Shown in pieces: positions 24,590 through 36,700 of a stretch of DNA of 64,000 nt. Source of the DNA: Lama glama (lineage: Eukaryota); the NCBI GenBank assembly GCA_028534125.1, contig CM052816.1, forward strand, positions 37,822,001 through 37,886,000, read 5' to 3'. The notes beneath the pieces are model-generated. The model searched no databases, had not been told where the DNA came from, and saw nothing but the letters and a program-made list of their open reading frames with translations. Position 1 is the stretch's first letter; each line of letters starts with the position of its first letter. The translations under genes were made by a program, and so were the position numbers.

Positions 24590-26595
24590 AATTAGTTCAT
24601 TTCTGTCCTTATTATTATTGTTATTATTTTTTAGATTCTTCATATAAATGATGTCATATGGTATTTTTCTTCCTCTTTCTGGTCCACTTCACTTTGAATG
24701 ACAGTCTTCAGTTCCATCCATATTGCTGCAAATGGCATTATTTTATTCTGTTTTTATGGCTGAGTAGTATCCCATTATATATATGTATTACATCTTCTTT
24801 ATCCAGTCATCTGTTGATGGACATTTGGGTTGTTTACAAGTCTTGGCTATCATAAATAGTGCTGCTATGAACATTGGGGTGCATATGTCTTTTTGAATTT
24901 TATTTTTCTCTGGATATATGCCCAGGAGTGGGGTTGCTGGATCACATGGTAAATCTATTTTCAGTTTTTTAAGGAACCTCCATACTGTCCTCCATAGTGG
25001 CTGCACCAATCTACATTCCCACGAATGGTGTAGGAGGGTTCCCTTTTCTCCACATCCTCTCCAGCATTTATCATTTATAGACTTTTCAATGATGGCCATT
25101 CTGGCTGGTGTGAAGTGATCTCTTTGTAGTTTTGATCTGCATTTCTCTGACAATTAGCAATGCCGAGCATTTTTTCATGTGCCTGTTGGCCGTTTGTATG
25201 TCTTCATTGGAGAATTGCTTGTTTAGGTCTTCTGCCCATTTTTGGATTGGATTGCTTGTTTCTTTGATATTAAGGAGTATGAACTGTTTGTATATTCTAG
25301 AAATTAGTCCCTTGTCAATCACATCATTTGCAAAGATTTTCTACCATTTTGTAAGTTGTCTTTTCGTTTTGTTGATGGTATCCTTAGCTGTGTAAACGCT
25401 TCTAAGTTTAATTAGATCCCACTTGTTTACTTTTGCTTTTAATTCCAATACTCTAGGAGCTGGTTCAAAAATATATTGCTGTAATGTATGTCTGTGAATG
25501 TTCTGCCTATGTTTTCCTCTAGGAGTTTTATAGTATCTGGTCTTACATTTAGGTCTTTAATCCATTTTGAGTTTATTTTTGTACATGGTGTTGGGGAATG
25601 TTCTAATTTCAGTCTTTAGCCGGTAGCTGTCCAGTTTTCCTAGCACCACATATTGAAGAGACTGTCTTTTCTCCACTGTATATTCTTGCCTCCTTTGTCT
25701 TAGATTAATTGATCGTATGTGTGTGGCTTTGTTTCTGGAATGTCTATCCTGTTCCATTGATCTGTGTGTCTGTTTTTGTGCCAGTACCATACTGTTTTGA
25801 TTACTGTAGCTTTGTAGTATAGTCTGAAGTCAAGGTGCATGATTCCCCCTGCTCCATTCATCTTTCTCAAGATTGTTTTGGCTATTCAAATTTGCATGGA
25901 AATGCAAATTTTTTTGTTCCAGCTCTGTGAAGAATGTCATTGGTAACTTGATAGGGATTGCACTGAATCTGTAAATTGCCTTGGGCAGTATGGCCATTTT
26001 AACAATTTTGATTCTTTCAATCCAAGAACACAGTATATCTTTCCATTTGTTTATGTCATCTTCTATTTCTTTCATCAATGTCTTATAGTTTTCAGCATAC
26101 AGGTCTTTTGCCTCCTTAAAATTCAACACCCATTTATGATCAAAACTCTCCAGAAAGTGGGCAAAGACAGAACATACCTCAACATAATAAAGGCTATATA
26201 TGACAACCTACAGCTAACATCATACTTAATGGGGGAAAGCTGAAAGCATTCCCTCTAAGATCAAGAACAAGAAAAGGATACCCACTCTCATCACTTTAAT
26301 TCAACATAGTTTTGGAAGTCTTAGCCACAGCAATCAGAGAAGAAAAAGAAATAAAAGGAATCCAAATTGGAAGTGAAGAAGTAAAACTGTCACTGTTTGC
26401 AGATGACATGATACTATATATAGAAAATCCTAAAGAAGCAACCAGAAAACTACTAGAACTCATTAATGAATATGGTAAAGTTGCAGGATACAAAATTAAT
26501 ATACAGAAGTCAGCTGCATTTCTATACACTAACAATGAAATAGCAGAAATGGAAATTAAGGAAATGATACCATTTGCCACCATGCCAAAAGAATA
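24590..26595 (-). mobile_element. Young L1 with twin-priming 5' inversion (minus 24590-26117; inverted plus segment 26118-26595)
   Basis: Minus-strand ORF2 peptides ([27 protein letters not shown]); plus-strand segment encodes RT core [10 protein letters not shown]; the two pieces are adjacent in ORF2. Confidence 0.92.
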
Positions 26596-26596
26596 C

Positions 26597-27020
26597 TGAC
26601 TATGTCTTCTGTTCTATTTCTCTACATTATATCACATCATTATGATTTTATCACTTTATAATAAGCATTTGAAATCAGGTAATATAAGATCTTCTTATTT
26701 GTCTTTTTCAAATTTGTTTAAGGTGCTACATACTCTGACTTTTTCCATATAAATTTTAGCTGCAGCACATCAATCTCTCAAACATGCTTTCTAGAATTTT
26801 GACTGATTGAATTAAATCTGCAGATGTTTTGGGAGAACTGACATCTCAATATAATTTATAAAAACTGAACTTCTGGTGGTGTGTTTTTTGGTAGATTTAT
26901 TACATATCCTATATATTATCAAGCTGTCTGTGAATAAACATCATTTTACCACTCACTTTTCATAGGCCTTATATTTCTTGTAAATTCATGTTGCAGGACA
27001 ATATTGAATAGAAATATGAG
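26597..27020 (-). mobile_element. Old L1 ORF2, continuation of the host element interrupted at ~24300
   Basis: TTCTGTTCTATT...TTGAAATCAGGTA...TTCCATATAAATTTTAG...GGGAGAACTGACATCT...AATATTGAATAGAA. Confidence 0.65.
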
Positions 27021-29258
27021 AGCCTGTGAAAGAGACCTCGAGACTATAAGAAGATAGAGTGATGGCCAGCCATCCCCCGACTACTTCAATTCCTCCACAC
27101 TCTTCTTTCACCCACTGTCATATTGCAACCAAATGAATGACTCTGAGACAAAAATGTCCAGCTGAGATATTCCTGAATTCTTGATTAAGAGAAATTGTGA
27201 AAGATAATAAAATGTTGTTGTTTGAAGCGCTTGAGTTTTGAGATGAGTTTTATTTGCTAATAGTTAAGCAGAACAACAACAACAAAAAAGTATTTCTGGA
27301 AGTGAAACGCTCTCTTAACAAATGTCTAAAATTTTTGGTACAGGTTCTGAAGCTTGAGAAGCAGGCAAAACCAGGAACAGTCTTGAGATACTGAACATAA
27401 AATAATAAAGGGTCTCAAAGAGAGACTAAAAAATGAAATTCAAGAAGATTTTCAATGGGGGCTCAAAGGAATGCAAGGAAAATACTGAAGTTGGTGGACA
27501 TACACAGCAGTGGAAATTTGACAACACTGTTAACTGCAATAAATGCAGACATTAGAAACTGCAATGAAACTTGATGATCTGGCTAAAAACATTTCTAGGC
27601 AGAATATCGAAGGTTCCATGGGAGCCTCTTCCAACTCCACAGATAAAATTCAAGAGGAAAGAGATGAGCTAAAGAACTAAATTTTACATTAAATTTTCTT
27701 TTAATTTCCTGTATTTGAAAATAAAACTTTTTCAATCCCTTTATCAACATCTGGAAAAACAAATGAATAAGAACAACAACAACAACAAAAAAACCGCACA
27801 AAACACTATCACACTAATAAATGCTTTAGGGGAAATCTTTAAATCCAGTTGTCACCTGTAAGATCCTTTATTAAGTCCTTGTAGAAAATCAGTGTCTTAT
27901 AAACCCTTTTCAAATAGACAAAAGATTTTCTAAGCATCTGAGAAATGCCTTACAGACCCCATAAGTTAAACAACAGTTACTTTTAAGAATATAAGTGTGG
28001 GCTGTCCTACAGCAGACTCTTAAGAGGGCCCAAAGTAGAGAATAGCTTATTTGAAGATACTTACTATGTATGCCTTTTTCTAAGAGTGGATTATATACCA
28101 ACACTTAAGAAATCCACACAAGTTTTAAAAGAATTATACCAACTTAGATTGAAAGTGAAAAATGAAAAGAGGACTTTGTATCCTCAAATTACTATAGGAA
28201 AGAAACAAAAAGAAAATTACACAGGGCCAAACACTGCCAGCTTTCTATGGGAAATAATAATTCAGATGGCAAACAGCCAAAAGTACAGAGCCAAGAGTCA
28301 TGAAGAATAACCACATGAAGGAACTGGCCCATATTTCCAGCCAGATTTCAGAACCAGTATGGATGTGTCTTCTGTGTGCCCTTTTCTTTGTTCTTTTGTG
28401 GACAGGAGAATATATGGTGGTTTTCTTATTCCTGTCTTATAACTGTATACTGGAGGTGATGGTAGAAGGCGTGTAACTTGTTTCATTAGTTCATATATCT
28501 TAAGATATAGAGGAATAATATTCAAGGAGTTATTTGCAATGAGTTGCACCTAAGGGAGCTCATCGGAATTGTAACATAATTTACCTACGGAGACTCAAAA
28601 CCTCAAACTGATGCTGTAATAAGAAAAGACTCAGGGGTCTTAGGATAGGGTGTGAGTATATTTTCATGTGTGATAATGTCATTGTGAGAAGACAGATTAG
28701 CAGATCATATATTTTAAAATGATCATAAATATATTTCTTCTTACATGGTGACTTTGACATTCTTTCCTTCACATGATGGGGTTGATACTCCCTGCCCTTG
28801 AGTTTGGGAAGACTGGAGCTTGTAGTGGAAGTGACTGTATGTGCCTGCCGATGTTAGGTAATAATGACAATGCAACTTTTGCCTTGCAGCCTAGAACAAT
28901 CAAGCTGGAACTTTAAGCTGTTTTCTGAACCATCCAATTGAACCAAGGTTCCATGCTGTAAAAACACCCAGACTAGATCAGAAAGAGAGGCTACATGGAG
29001 AGACCTTAGGTAAGACTACATGAAAAGAAAGAGATGCCAGCCATTCCCTAGCTGCTTCAACACTCCTCCACCCTACCGCCGCTGTTTCATCTCCAGTTAC
29101 TATTTATTGTGATCACATGAGTTACCCCAAATCAGAATCACAAATCAAGCCCTCCCTGAACTCTTGATGCACAGAGACTGGGAGATAATAAAATACTTGT
29201 GGTTATTTTAAACCACGAAATTTGGGTAATTTGTTATGCAGATAGAGGTAACAAGCAT
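27020..29258 (+). mobile_element. Near-complete MLT1 (MLT1H-like) MaLR provirus: partial 5' LTR (~27020-27273), internal region (~27290-28690), 3' LTR (~28700-29258)
   Basis: Two similar LTR 3' halves (CCTGAA(T/C)TCTTGAT...GATAATAAAAT...TTGT); the internal region ends in GGGTGTGAGTATATTTTCATGTG as in MLT1-int. Confidence 0.75.
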
Positions 29259-29269
29259 CCTTAACGAGT

Positions 29270-30160
29270 TAAAATTTTATTTCAGATATTTTGTTGTTAT
29301 TGCTACAAATTTTGTTTGATCCTTTTTATATATGCTATTTCTCTTATCATTATGTTTATGTTTTTCTTTATATCCCTGAGTATATTATAATAGCTATTTT
29401 AATGTCTTTGTCCTATTTCCATTATTTCTGCATCAGTTTCTGTGGACTTATTTTTCTCCTGGTCATGGGTCACATGTTTATACTTCTTTGTATACTTAAT
29501 ATTTTTTATTGGGTACTGGACATTGCAAGTTTTATTTTGGAGAGTTGCTTTTTTTTTATCTTTCAATGACTGCTGATGTTTGTTTTAACTAGCAGTTTAT
29601 TTGTAGATTGATTTGTAAACCCTCAGAGTTCTTTCTTGAATGCCCAGGTGTTTTGTAATTTCTATGCACTCTGGAAAGTCAGAATTAACACCTCTTATCC
29701 ATACATGTAATCATGTGGGAATTATTAAGCATCACCCTCCTCCACCTTAGAAGTGGTTTTCTGTCTAGCCCCTACTAGTTTCACTCTATTCATCCCATGC
29801 TTTGTATTTAACCAAAGATTTAAAGGAAGCTTTATGAAGAATTATAGAACTCTTATGTTCAGTTAAGTCTATCTTGTAAATTGTCCCTCAAAATCTAGTC
29901 CCCTTATGTGTGTAAACAAAAAAGGCTGCTGTGGTCTGTTTCTGTTACCTGTTTCTAAATCACAATTTGAAAGTTTCCTCCCAGAAGAAAGGTGGACTTA
30001 TTGTTGGACTCAGATTACTTTTTTTTTTGTTAGTAACCACAAGGCTGTGATGCCTGTTTTCCAATGTATGAAAACCTATGTTTCATGTATTTTGTTTAAT
30101 TTTCTCATTCTTTACTGTAGGAAGTACAGTTATTCCATCCTAGTTGGAAGTGACAGTCTC
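29270..30160 (-). mobile_element. Old L1 (L1M4/ME-type) 5' region
   Basis: ATAATAGCTATTTTAATGTCTTTGTC, GGTCATGGGTCACATG..TTCTTTG and TTTTATTGGGTACTGGACATTG are typical of antisense old-L1 5' ends. Confidence 0.6.
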
Positions 30161-30926
30161 AATTCTTCATAATCCTAATTTCAAAACTATGTCTATAAAA
30201 TTCCTATGTTTCCCTTTACAACATTCTCAAAATTACTTTTTTGTGATACATCTTTCAGTGTGGTAAATCAGACTGGTCTTCTCTCTAGTTTCTCTAGTGT
30301 TTCCTTCAAGGGCCATATTTTTCCAGTTTAGTGTTTCTATTTTATGCTTGGCATTTCCAAGAATTGTGAAGTTCCCATGTTATTTTATAAATTCTATTTC
30401 TTTCTCTTTACAAGTTTTAATCTTAAAGTTCTCATCATCTTTAAATTTTCAGTTTTTTTCATTGTTTATGTTTTCTCATATTAGTGGAGTCTCATGTGTT
30501 TTATGTTTGCCTATGGATAGCAATCAGTAGTTTTCTTCCATGAAAATCTAAGTTATCACTGTGTCCTAGATTAATCAGTTGTCCTTACAGGAGATTTTGA
30601 AATGGTTTTAGCCAGGGTCATGTAGAGTAGTTAAAGACCAATTTTTTTTTTTTAATCTTAGTTTCTCAGTTTGAGTCTAATTTTCCATATGTTGAATTTG
30701 ATTTGTGTCCCAATACTTCTACATGCATAATGCTTACTTTTCTAATATCTTTCAAAGTAACATTTTTTTTTTCAGTCAAGACTTGGGACTGGTAACATAC
30801 TTTTGGCTGTGCCCAGTCTGTATCTATGCCAGTAGAGGCAAAGTTTTTATTCTTTTCTTTGATGTGACAGTTTATATCAGGCTCTCTTTTTTGTCTAGAC
30901 TCTCAGACTTAAAACAAAAAAAAAAA

Positions 30927-30972
30927 GAGAGAGAGAGAGAGAGCGAGCGAGCGAGAGAGAAAGAGAGAGAGA
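30927..30972. repeat. (GA)n/(GAGC)n microsatellite following an A-tract
   Basis: Read directly. Confidence 0.9.
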
Positions 30973-31614
30973 AAGCTCTAAGTGCCTTAAGTTCATTTTC
31001 AGCATAGGTGCTTTAACTCCAAATTGTATACCCAGGTCTAATATATTTAAAGAAGTATCTTGTGATAGAATCAAGAAGGAGGTCTTGTCATGTTGGTTTA
31101 CTCTGACATACTGAGTAGAGTTGTGTTATGAACTATATCTCTCTCCTCTTCTTCATCAAATCAACTTATATTTCTGAATTCTGCTGGATAATCAACCAAA
31201 TGTGATTTTCTTTGTTTATGTAGGTAATTTGGTATTTTATGTTGATAATATATTTAAAGAAACTCTTGTTTATGATTTTGGAATTAGTCTATTTAAAATA
31301 TTTTAATATTTTACTAAATACCAGAAATTATTCTAGATATTTATTTATTACATTATTTATATGCCTTCCTATGTTTCTGGAAAATTCTATGAATTCTGTT
31401 AAGATTTTCAAAATCCTTGAAAGAGATGACATTTAAATTATATTATTGACTATAATATTTATGTATATAATTTATAAGTTTGTTTCAATATAATATAGAA
31501 GTTGGTAGAGTACAGATTTCAAAAGATTAGCCATGAAATAGTAATTTTTGAACATGGATATGGGATGAATAGGGGTTTATTTTACTTTACTCTATACTTT
31601 TCTGTATACTATAC

Positions 31615-33589
31615 TCAAGTGCAATTTACCCCAGGGATGCAAGGATGGTTCAATATTCACAAATCAATCAATGAGATATACCACATTAATAAACTGAAAA
31701 GAAAAAGATCATCTCAACTGATGCAGAAAAAGCTTTTGACAAAATTCCACATGCATTTATGATATTAAAAATATCTCCACAAAGTGGGTAGGGAGGGAAA
31801 TTCCTCAACATAATGGCCATATATGAGAAGCTCACAGCTGACATCATATTCAGGATGAAAAGTGGAAAACAGTTCCTCTAAGATCAGGAATAAGAGAAAG
31901 ATGCCCACTCTCTGACTTTTATTCAGCATAGTATTGGAAGCTCTGGCCACAGAAATTAGCCAAGAAAAAGAAATAAAAGGAATTCAAAATGGAATGGAAG
32001 AAGTAAAACTGTCACTGCAGATAACATAATTCTATACATACAAAATCCTAAAGAAGCCACCAGAAAACTTCTAGAGTTCATCCAATGAATTTGGTAAAGT
32101 TACAGGATATTGAATTAATACATAGAAATCTGCTGTGTCTTTATACACTAACAACAAACTATTAGAAAGATAAATTAAAAAAACAGTTTAATTTATAATT
32201 TCTTATGAATAAAATACATAGGAATAAATCTTCCTAAGGAGGTAAAAGACCTCTACTTGGAAAACTGATGGAAGAAATTGAATATGGCACAAACAGATGG
32301 AAAGATATACTGTATGAATGGAGAGGAAGAATTAATATTGTTAAAATGACCATAATACCCAAGACAATCTAAAGACTCAGTGTAATCCCTATCAAACTAA
32401 CAATGGCATTTCTCACAGAACTAGAACAAGTAATTCTAAAATTTATATGAAAACACCAAAGACTCCAGAAACAAAAACAATCTTGAAAAAGATGAACAAA
32501 TCTGGAGGTATTATGCTCCCTGATTTAAAAATATACTAAAAAGCTACAGTCATCCAAACAGTATAGTATTGACAAAAAAACAGACACACAGATCACTGAG
32601 ACATAACAGAAACTCCAAAAAATGAACCCAAACTTACATGAGCAATTAATCCATGACAAAAGAAGCAATACTGTACAATGGGGGAAAGACAGTCTCTTCA
32701 ATAAATAATGCTCAGAAAACTGGACAGCCAGATACAAAAGAATCAAACTAGACTACTCTGTCCCAACATGCACAAAATAAACTCAAGAAAGATTAAAGAC
32801 TTAAATCTAAGACCTGAAACCATAAAACTTTTAGAAGTAAACATAGGCAGTACACTCTTTGACATCAGTTTTAATAATAAATTTTGGGATATGTCTCCTT
32901 AGGCAATGGAAACAAAAGCAAAAATAAATAAATGGGACTACATCAAACTAAAAATTGTTTGCACAGCAAAGGAAACTAGCAACAAATGAAAAGGCCACCT
33001 ACTAAATAGGAGAAGATGTTTGCAAATGGTATACCTGATAAGGGGTTAAAGTTCAAAATATACAAAAAATCCATACAACTTAATATCAAAAAAACAAACA
33101 AGCCAATTATAAATCGACAACAGATCTGAATAGATTTTTCCAAAGAAGACATATAGATGGTAAACAGACATATGAAAAGATGCTTAACATCACTTACCAG
33201 GGAAATGCAAATTAAAACCGAAAAGAGATATTATCTCACACTTATTAGAGTGGCTATTATCAAAAAGACAACAAATAACAAGTGTTGGTGAAGATGTGAA
33301 AAAGAAATCCTCATGCACTGTTGGTAGGAATGTAAATTTGTGCAGCCTCTATGGAAAACAGTATAAAGACTCCTCAAAAAATTAAGAATAAAACTCACAT
33401 GATCCAGCAATTTCACTCCCGGGTATATAGCCAGAGAAAATGAAAACACTAATTAGAAAAGATACATAAACCACTGTGTTCACTGCAGCATTATTTACAA
33501 TGGCCAAGATAGGAAAGCAACCCAAATGCTTATCAATACATAAATTGATAAAGATGATGTGGTGTGCGTGTGTACACACACACACACAA

Positions 33590-33645
<56 letters not shown>

Positions 33646-34535
33646 GGAATATTACTCAGTCATGAAAAATGAAATATTGCCATTTGCAACAATATGGATG
33701 CACCTACAGTGTATTATGTTGAGTGAAATAAGCCAGAGAAAGACAAGTACTGTATGATTTCACTTACATGTGAAATCCAAGGGAAAAAAATGAACAAACA
33801 TAAGCTAACAGAGTTATAGCTACAGAGAACAAAGAGGGAGTTGCCAGAGGGGAGGGGCTAGGGAAAGGAAAAAAATAGATAAGGGAGATAAAGAGGTACA
33901 AAATAAGAGTTGCAAATAAGAGGTACAATGAAGAGTTGCAAAATAAATGAGCCAACAGTATGAAAAGTATGGGCAATGTAGTCAATAACTATGTAATATC
34001 TTTGTACAGTGACACATCATAACTAGACTTGTCCTGGTGATCATTTTGAAATGTATAAAAAATCCCAAATTACTATGCTGTGTAACAGGAACTAACATAG
34101 TGTTGTAAGTCAATTATACCTCAAAAATAAATATACAAGCAAACTCATTAAAAAGGAGACCAGATTTGCGGTTATATATGAAGGGTAGTGAGAGGAGAGG
34201 GAATTGGATAAAGGCAGTCAAAAGGTACAAACTTTCAGCTAAAAGATAAATAAATTCTAGAGGTGCAATATACAGCATGATAAATGTAATTAACAATGTT
34301 GCATGTTATGTATGAAAGTTGTTAAGAGAGTAAATCCTAAGAGTTCTTATCACAAGAAAATGATTTTTATTTATTTCTGTATCTATATGAGATTATGGAT
34401 GTTCATTAGATTTAATGTAATAGTCATTTCATAATATACATAAGTCAAATCATTATGCTGCACACCTTAAACTTATACAGTGAAATATGTCAATTTTATC
34501 TCAATACAACCAGAAGAAAATAATAAATAAATAAA
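31615..34535 (+). mobile_element. 5'-truncated L1 (L1MA9-related laurasiatherian type), decayed ORF2 plus composite 3'UTR
   Basis: [14 protein letters not shown] and later ORF2 motifs with many frameshifts; 3'UTR ending CACCTTAAACTTATACAGTG...; A-rich tail. Confidence 0.92.
33574..33643. repeat. (CA)n microsatellite expanded inside L1 ORF2
   Basis: CA run of about 70 bp with one interruption. Confidence 0.95.
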
Positions 34536-36229
34536 TCATCAAATAATTCTTCAAGCTTTTAAGTAATCCTAAAATTAGGATGTTTTCATAAATTCCTTTA
34601 TGACAGCTAAAGATATGTGCTTTGTATTTTCAAATGTAAGCTCACTATTTATTGTTAAATCTGTGCTCTTTAAAGCAGAAAATTTCAAAATTGCATCTAA
34701 ATACAAAGCAAACTTATTGAAAAGCTAATAAACCCTAAGCAGGAGCCTCATTACAAAATGGCGCCTTATTATCATTTCCATTTATTGTTAATAACATACT
34801 CATAAATGGAACAATGTTCTAACTGGAGCTTAATTTGAAGACAAAACAGCAAGTTTCTAAGGCTTCTTTTGTTTTCATCTATAGTGAGTTTCTCAATATG
34901 AAATTGAAAAGAATACAAAGAATATTTTATTATTGTAAACTAATTTTCATTAGGAATATAACCTTTTTGAAAGAACAATCCAGAAAGATAATTGAGGCAA
35001 AGAAAAAGGTGTGCAAGATACACATGAACACTTTCTCAAATGAATGTAGCTAGGACAAAGTCCAGATTACACTAATATTGAAAACAATGTCATCTGATAC
35101 TTATGAAAGCCTTTGGCATGAAGTACAAGGACCACAGCTGGGGCTTTTAGCTTGTGATTGATACATTTAATGAAGCCATTCTCATGCATTGATAGTTGTC
35201 CTTCTTAAAACGGAAGTGTTTTTCTTAATAGTTTGATTATCTTTTTGATATTTTTCAACTTCTTCAATTATTTCCCCAGCAGTATCAATCAAGGAGAAAG
35301 ACGGCATTATTGAAGCATTAGATACCAACCTTCTCTAGCCTCATTTTGAACTAGAAAAAAAACATATTTTATCCTTATTCTCCTAAGATTCACTAGCCTG
35401 ACTTGAGAGAAAGCTAAACTAGAGTTAAAAGGCTCCTGACTACTCTAAAGCAGGCTGATGCACCCAGGGAAGTTTTTATGCCCCTTGTGGTTGAAGGCAC
35501 TTTTAATCCACTGTGGAACCAGCTTGAGTTATTGAAGACGACTGGAAACCTTAGCTATTGTTAAGGTCTGTTCAGGTCTGTTCCTCAGAACATCTACTGC
35601 AATCTAAAGAACATGAAGCCTGGCTTCTTTTCTTTGATAGAGTGTATTTCTACTACAGAAAATCCATCTCTGTGTACTGAGAAGAGATCCCCTATCTGTA
35701 TGTCTCATTAGACTCTATACCCTGTCCAGAAAAGGTCCTCATTCTACATAGAAGACAAGGAAGCAGTCAATTATCTTTCTTTAAATAATAACCTTTTTCA
35801 ATTTGCATTTTGGAAACTAACAACAATACATCTTTGGGTATTAAAATACCTCATCCCTAACTGAAGGTAAGATATGGCTTACTATATTTCTGGAGTGGAA
35901 TCTCTTAGCCTGAAGGTAATACATACTTTTTTTCATTTCTTTCTGATAGGAAACAGTCAGTTCTCTTTGATTTATAGTTCTCATAAATAAGGTAATGTAT
36001 TTCATGATTAATTTTAGTTCTAAACCATTTGCATATTGAATAACAGCTGCAGAAATGACTGAGAAAATAACTATGTACCTTTATTTTCATTTAATAAGCA
36101 ATATGATTTATGCATTTAATACATATTTTTTATCATGGCTCTCATTTTAAATGAAACTCATGAAAATGTATTGGCCACTTTATATCACCTTTTTATATTT
36201 TAAATTTAAAGGCAATACAGAGCTTCATT

Positions 36230-36700
36230 TTTGCCTGTGCCCACCTCAAGACCCTACTTCCTACTTCAGTCACTGTAAGGTCAACCAGGTGAAAAAAAGA
36301 CTTTAGTTTTGCTCAAATGCAGCCTTACTTTGTCTGCTCTAGGGCCTATTTCATGTGCCATGTATGTACCTCTGCAATTTGTGATGCCTATAGGAAATTA
36401 CTGGGACTCATTTACAAATCACTCAAACTTCAGGGCATTAACTTCCTTGGAATGATCCTTGGCCAATGAGGGAAGGGAAACAGTACATAAAATGCCTTCC
36501 CTATGTCCCAGGTGAAGACAGATCTATCTGATAGTACTGCCTTATCAATGCCAATCGTCAATACAGGCAGCCAATGTAATAATGCTTTATATTGGTTTTT
36601 TCTCCTTTCACAGCACCCTTGTGTCCCCAGTCCAAAACATCTCAAAATTTTGCTCCCTGAGATAACATTCCCAAATAAACCTTTGTCTGGGGAATGCATC
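36230..36700 (+). mobile_element. LTR16-like ERVL LTR
   Basis: CCTTGGCCAATGAGGG, ATTGGTTTTTCTCC and CTCCCTGAGATAACATTCCCAAATAAAC...TCTGGGGAA match LTR16-type 3' motifs. Confidence 0.55.

Noticed and set aside
24788..26599. ORFs with strong protein-like sequence, including RT motif LFADDM and a C-terminal Cys-rich motif
   Set aside because: These are fragments of L1 ORF2 broken by stops, frameshifts and an inversion. They are neither a host gene nor an active element.
33890..33945. ~27-bp direct duplication AAGAGGTACAA..AAGAGTTGCAAA
   Set aside because: Ordinary slippage duplication within an L1 3'UTR; only two units, so not CRISPR-like.
33760..34535. Apparent tandem of two different L1 3'UTR blocks
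   Set aside because: The same composite layout recurs at 52555-53105, so it is a subfamily trait rather than a local rearrangement.
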